A stretch of DNA of 64,000 nt from the human T2T-CHM13v2.0 reference genome, Homo sapiens. Location: the NCBI RefSeq assembly GCF_009914755.1, contig NC_060946.1. One strand, written 5' to 3'. The translations under genes and the position numbers were made by a program. A model generated the notes under the pieces. The model was not told the DNA's origin and ran no database searches. It was given only the letters and a program-made list of their open reading frames with translations. Shown piece after piece: positions 61,852 to 64,000 of the stretch. Position 1 is the stretch's first letter; each line of letters starts with the position of its first letter.

Positions 61852-64000
61852 GTGTACATAAAATATCAAAGTACCCAAACTATACATTATATACTGTACA
61901 TAAAATATGAAATTACATCAAACATATTTTATATTAGGTACATAAAATATGAAAGTACATCAAATATAGATTATATACTGTACATTAAATACCAAAGTAC
62001 CCCAAATATATATTTTATACTGTACATGAAATATCAAATTTCCCAAACTATATATTATATACTGTACATATAATATCAAAGTACCCAAGGCATATATTCT
62101 ATACTGTACAAAAAATAAGAAAGTACCAAAAGCATGTATTATATACTGTACCTAAAATATGAAAGTACATCAAATATATATTTTATTCTGTGCATAAAAT
62201 ATCAAAATTCACCAGATATATATTCTATAGTGTACATAAAATATCAAAGTACCCAAACTATACATTATATACTGTAAATAAAATATGAAATTACATCAAA
62301 TATATTTTATATTAGGTACATAAAATATGAAAGTACATCAAATATAGATTATATACTGTACATTAAATACCAAATTACCCCAAATATATATTTTATACTG
62401 TACATGAAATATCAAATTTCCCAAACTATATATTATATACTGTACATATAATATCAAAGTACCCAAGGTATATATTCTATACTGTACAAAAAATAACAAA
62501 GTACCAAAAGCATGTATTATATACTGTACCTAAAATATGAAAGTACATCAAATATATATTTTATTCTGTACATAAAATATCAAAGTACACCAGATATATA
62601 TTCTATAGTGTACATAAAATATCAAAGTACCCAAACTATACATTATATACTGTACATAAAATATGAAATTACATCAAATATATTTTATATTAGGTACATA
62701 AAATATGAAAGTACATCAAATATAGATTATATACTGTACATTAAATACCAAAGTACCCCAAATATATATTTTATACTGTACATGAAATATCAAATTTCAC
62801 AAACTATATATTATATACTGTACATATAATATCAAAGTACCCAAGGTATATATTCTATACTGTACAAAAAATAACAAAATACCAAAAGCATGTATTATAT
62901 ACTGTACATAAAATATGAAAGTACATCAAATATATATTTTATTCTGTACATAAAATATCAAAGTACACCAGATATATATTCTATAGTGTACATAAAATAT
63001 CAAAGTACCCAAACTATACATTATATACTGTAAATAAAATATGAAATTACATCAAATGTATTTTATATTAGGTACATAAAATATGAAAGTACATCAAATA
63101 TATATTTTATTCTGTACATAAAATATCAAAGTACACCAGATATATATTCTATAGTGTACATAAAATATCAAAGTACCCAAACTATAAATTATATACTGTA
63201 CATAAAATATGAAATTACATCAAATATATTTTATATTAGGTACATAAAATATGAAAGTACATCAAATATAGATTATATACTGTACATTAAATACCAAAGT
63301 ACCCCAAATATATATTTTATACTGTACAAGAAATATGAAAATACACAAACTATATATTATATACTGTACATAAAATATCAAAGTACCCAAGGTATATATT
63401 CTATACTGTACAAAAAATAACAAAGTACCAAAAGCATGTATAATATACTGTACATAAAATATGAAAGTACATCAAATATATATTTTATTCTGTACATAAA
63501 ATATCAAAGTACACCAGATATATATTCTATAGTGTACATAAAATATCAAAGTACCCAAACTATACATTATATACTGTACATAAAATATGAAATTACATCA
63601 AATATATTTTATATTAGGTACATAAAATATGAAAGTACATCAAATATAGATTATATACTGTACATTAAATACCAAAGTACCCCAGATATATATTTTATAC
63701 TGTACATGAAATATCAAAATACACTAACTATATATTATATACTGTACATAAAATATCAAAGTACCCAAGGTATATATTCTATACTGTACAAAAAATAACA
63801 AAGTACCAAAAGCATGTATAATATACTGTACCTAAAATATGAAAGTACATCAAATATATATTTTATTCTGTACATAAAATATCAAAGTACACCAGATATA
63901 TATTCTATAGTGTACATAAAATATCAAAGTACCCAAACTATACATTATATACTGTACATAAAATATGAAATTACATCAAATATGTTTTATATTAGGTACC
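61852..64000 (+). repeat. Subfamily 'B' domain (fourth copy, truncated by the window end)
   Basis: ORFs 61852, 62512, 63154 and 63436 are identical to those at 42254, 42914, 43556 and 43838. Confidence 0.83.

Larger units (their letters stand above)
1..64000 (+). repeat. Human Satellite 1A (HSat1A / SAR, classical satellite I) array: 42-bp monomer, 378-bp 9-mer higher-order repeat
   Basis: Continuous 42-bp periodicity made of a 17-bp subunit ACATAAAATAT(C/G)AAAGT and a 25-bp subunit such as ACCCAAACTATACATTATATACTGT, each bounded by GTAC (RsaI). Nine distinct monomers recur in fixed order. ORF starts 13594/13972 and 15274/15652/16030 are spaced exactly 378 bp apart. The 17+25 bp structure and 378-bp unit are the established definition of HSat1A. 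Orientation is the same throughout. Confidence 0.96.
28426..64000 (+). repeat. Near-perfect tandem duplication with 19,598-bp period (second copy truncated by the window end)
   Basis: Every ORF from 28508 to 43838 has an identical counterpart at +19598 (48106 to 63436). The match begins at 28426/48024. One substitution was noticed, at 39564 (C) versus 59162 (A). Confidence 0.9.

Noticed and set aside
56-63798. The many + strand ORFs (63-325 aa) as protein-coding genes
   Set aside because: All are translations of the 42-bp satellite. They are broken freely by stops and frameshifts, have no non-repeat domains, and show no gene context.
1-64000. CRISPR-like array (conserved GTACATAAAATATCAAAGTAC alternating with variable segments)
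   Set aside because: The 'spacers' are homologous to each other and cycle every nine monomers. There is no leader and no cas gene.
1-64000. Alpha satellite, HSat1B (DYZ2), HSat2/3, or an AT-rich parasite or organellar repeat gene
   Set aside because: There is no 171-bp period or CENP-B box, no Alu-derived 2.4-kb unit and no CATTC repeats. The 17+25 bp GTAC-bounded monomer and 378-bp HOR fit HSat1A.
1-64000. Inversion, transposon insertion or embedded unique sequence
   Set aside because: Reading through, I found no reverse-orientation monomers, poly(A) tails, target-site duplications or non-satellite stretch. The largest anomaly is a 16-bp insertion.
1-64000. Hairpins, cruciforms or terminators centred on TGTACA and TATATA palindromes
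   Set aside because: Perfect dyads are only about 6-10 bp and AT-rich, with poorly matching flanks, so a stable structure cannot be supported from sequence.

Overview
The whole 64 kb window is one uninterrupted, single-orientation, very AT-rich tandem satellite. The monomer is 42 bp (e.g. TGTACATAAAATATCAAAGTACCCAAACTATACATTATATAC) and has two GTAC sites that split it into 17-bp and 25-bp subunits. Monomers are organised into a 378-bp 9-mer higher-order repeat (HOR). This matches human classical Satellite 1 (HSat1A/SAR), found in pericentromeric and acrocentric short-arm heterochromatin; the chromosome cannot be assigned from the sequence alone. I found no genes, RNA genes, transposons, CRISPR arrays or unique sequence. 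All listed ORFs are read-throughs of the repeat: 42 is divisible by 3 and one + strand frame has no stop codon. I see no evidence of a novel coding system. The interest lies in the nested repeat architecture: 42 bp, 378/373 bp, a 751-bp dimer, a ~3,383/2,632-bp period, and near-identical tandem duplications of 5,819, 7,092 and 19,598 bp. There are also two alternating HOR subfamilies and a mosaic multi-switch junction near 46.9-48.1 kb. Lags and breakpoints come from manual comparison of marker variants and ORF coordinates, so they should be confirmed by self-alignment.
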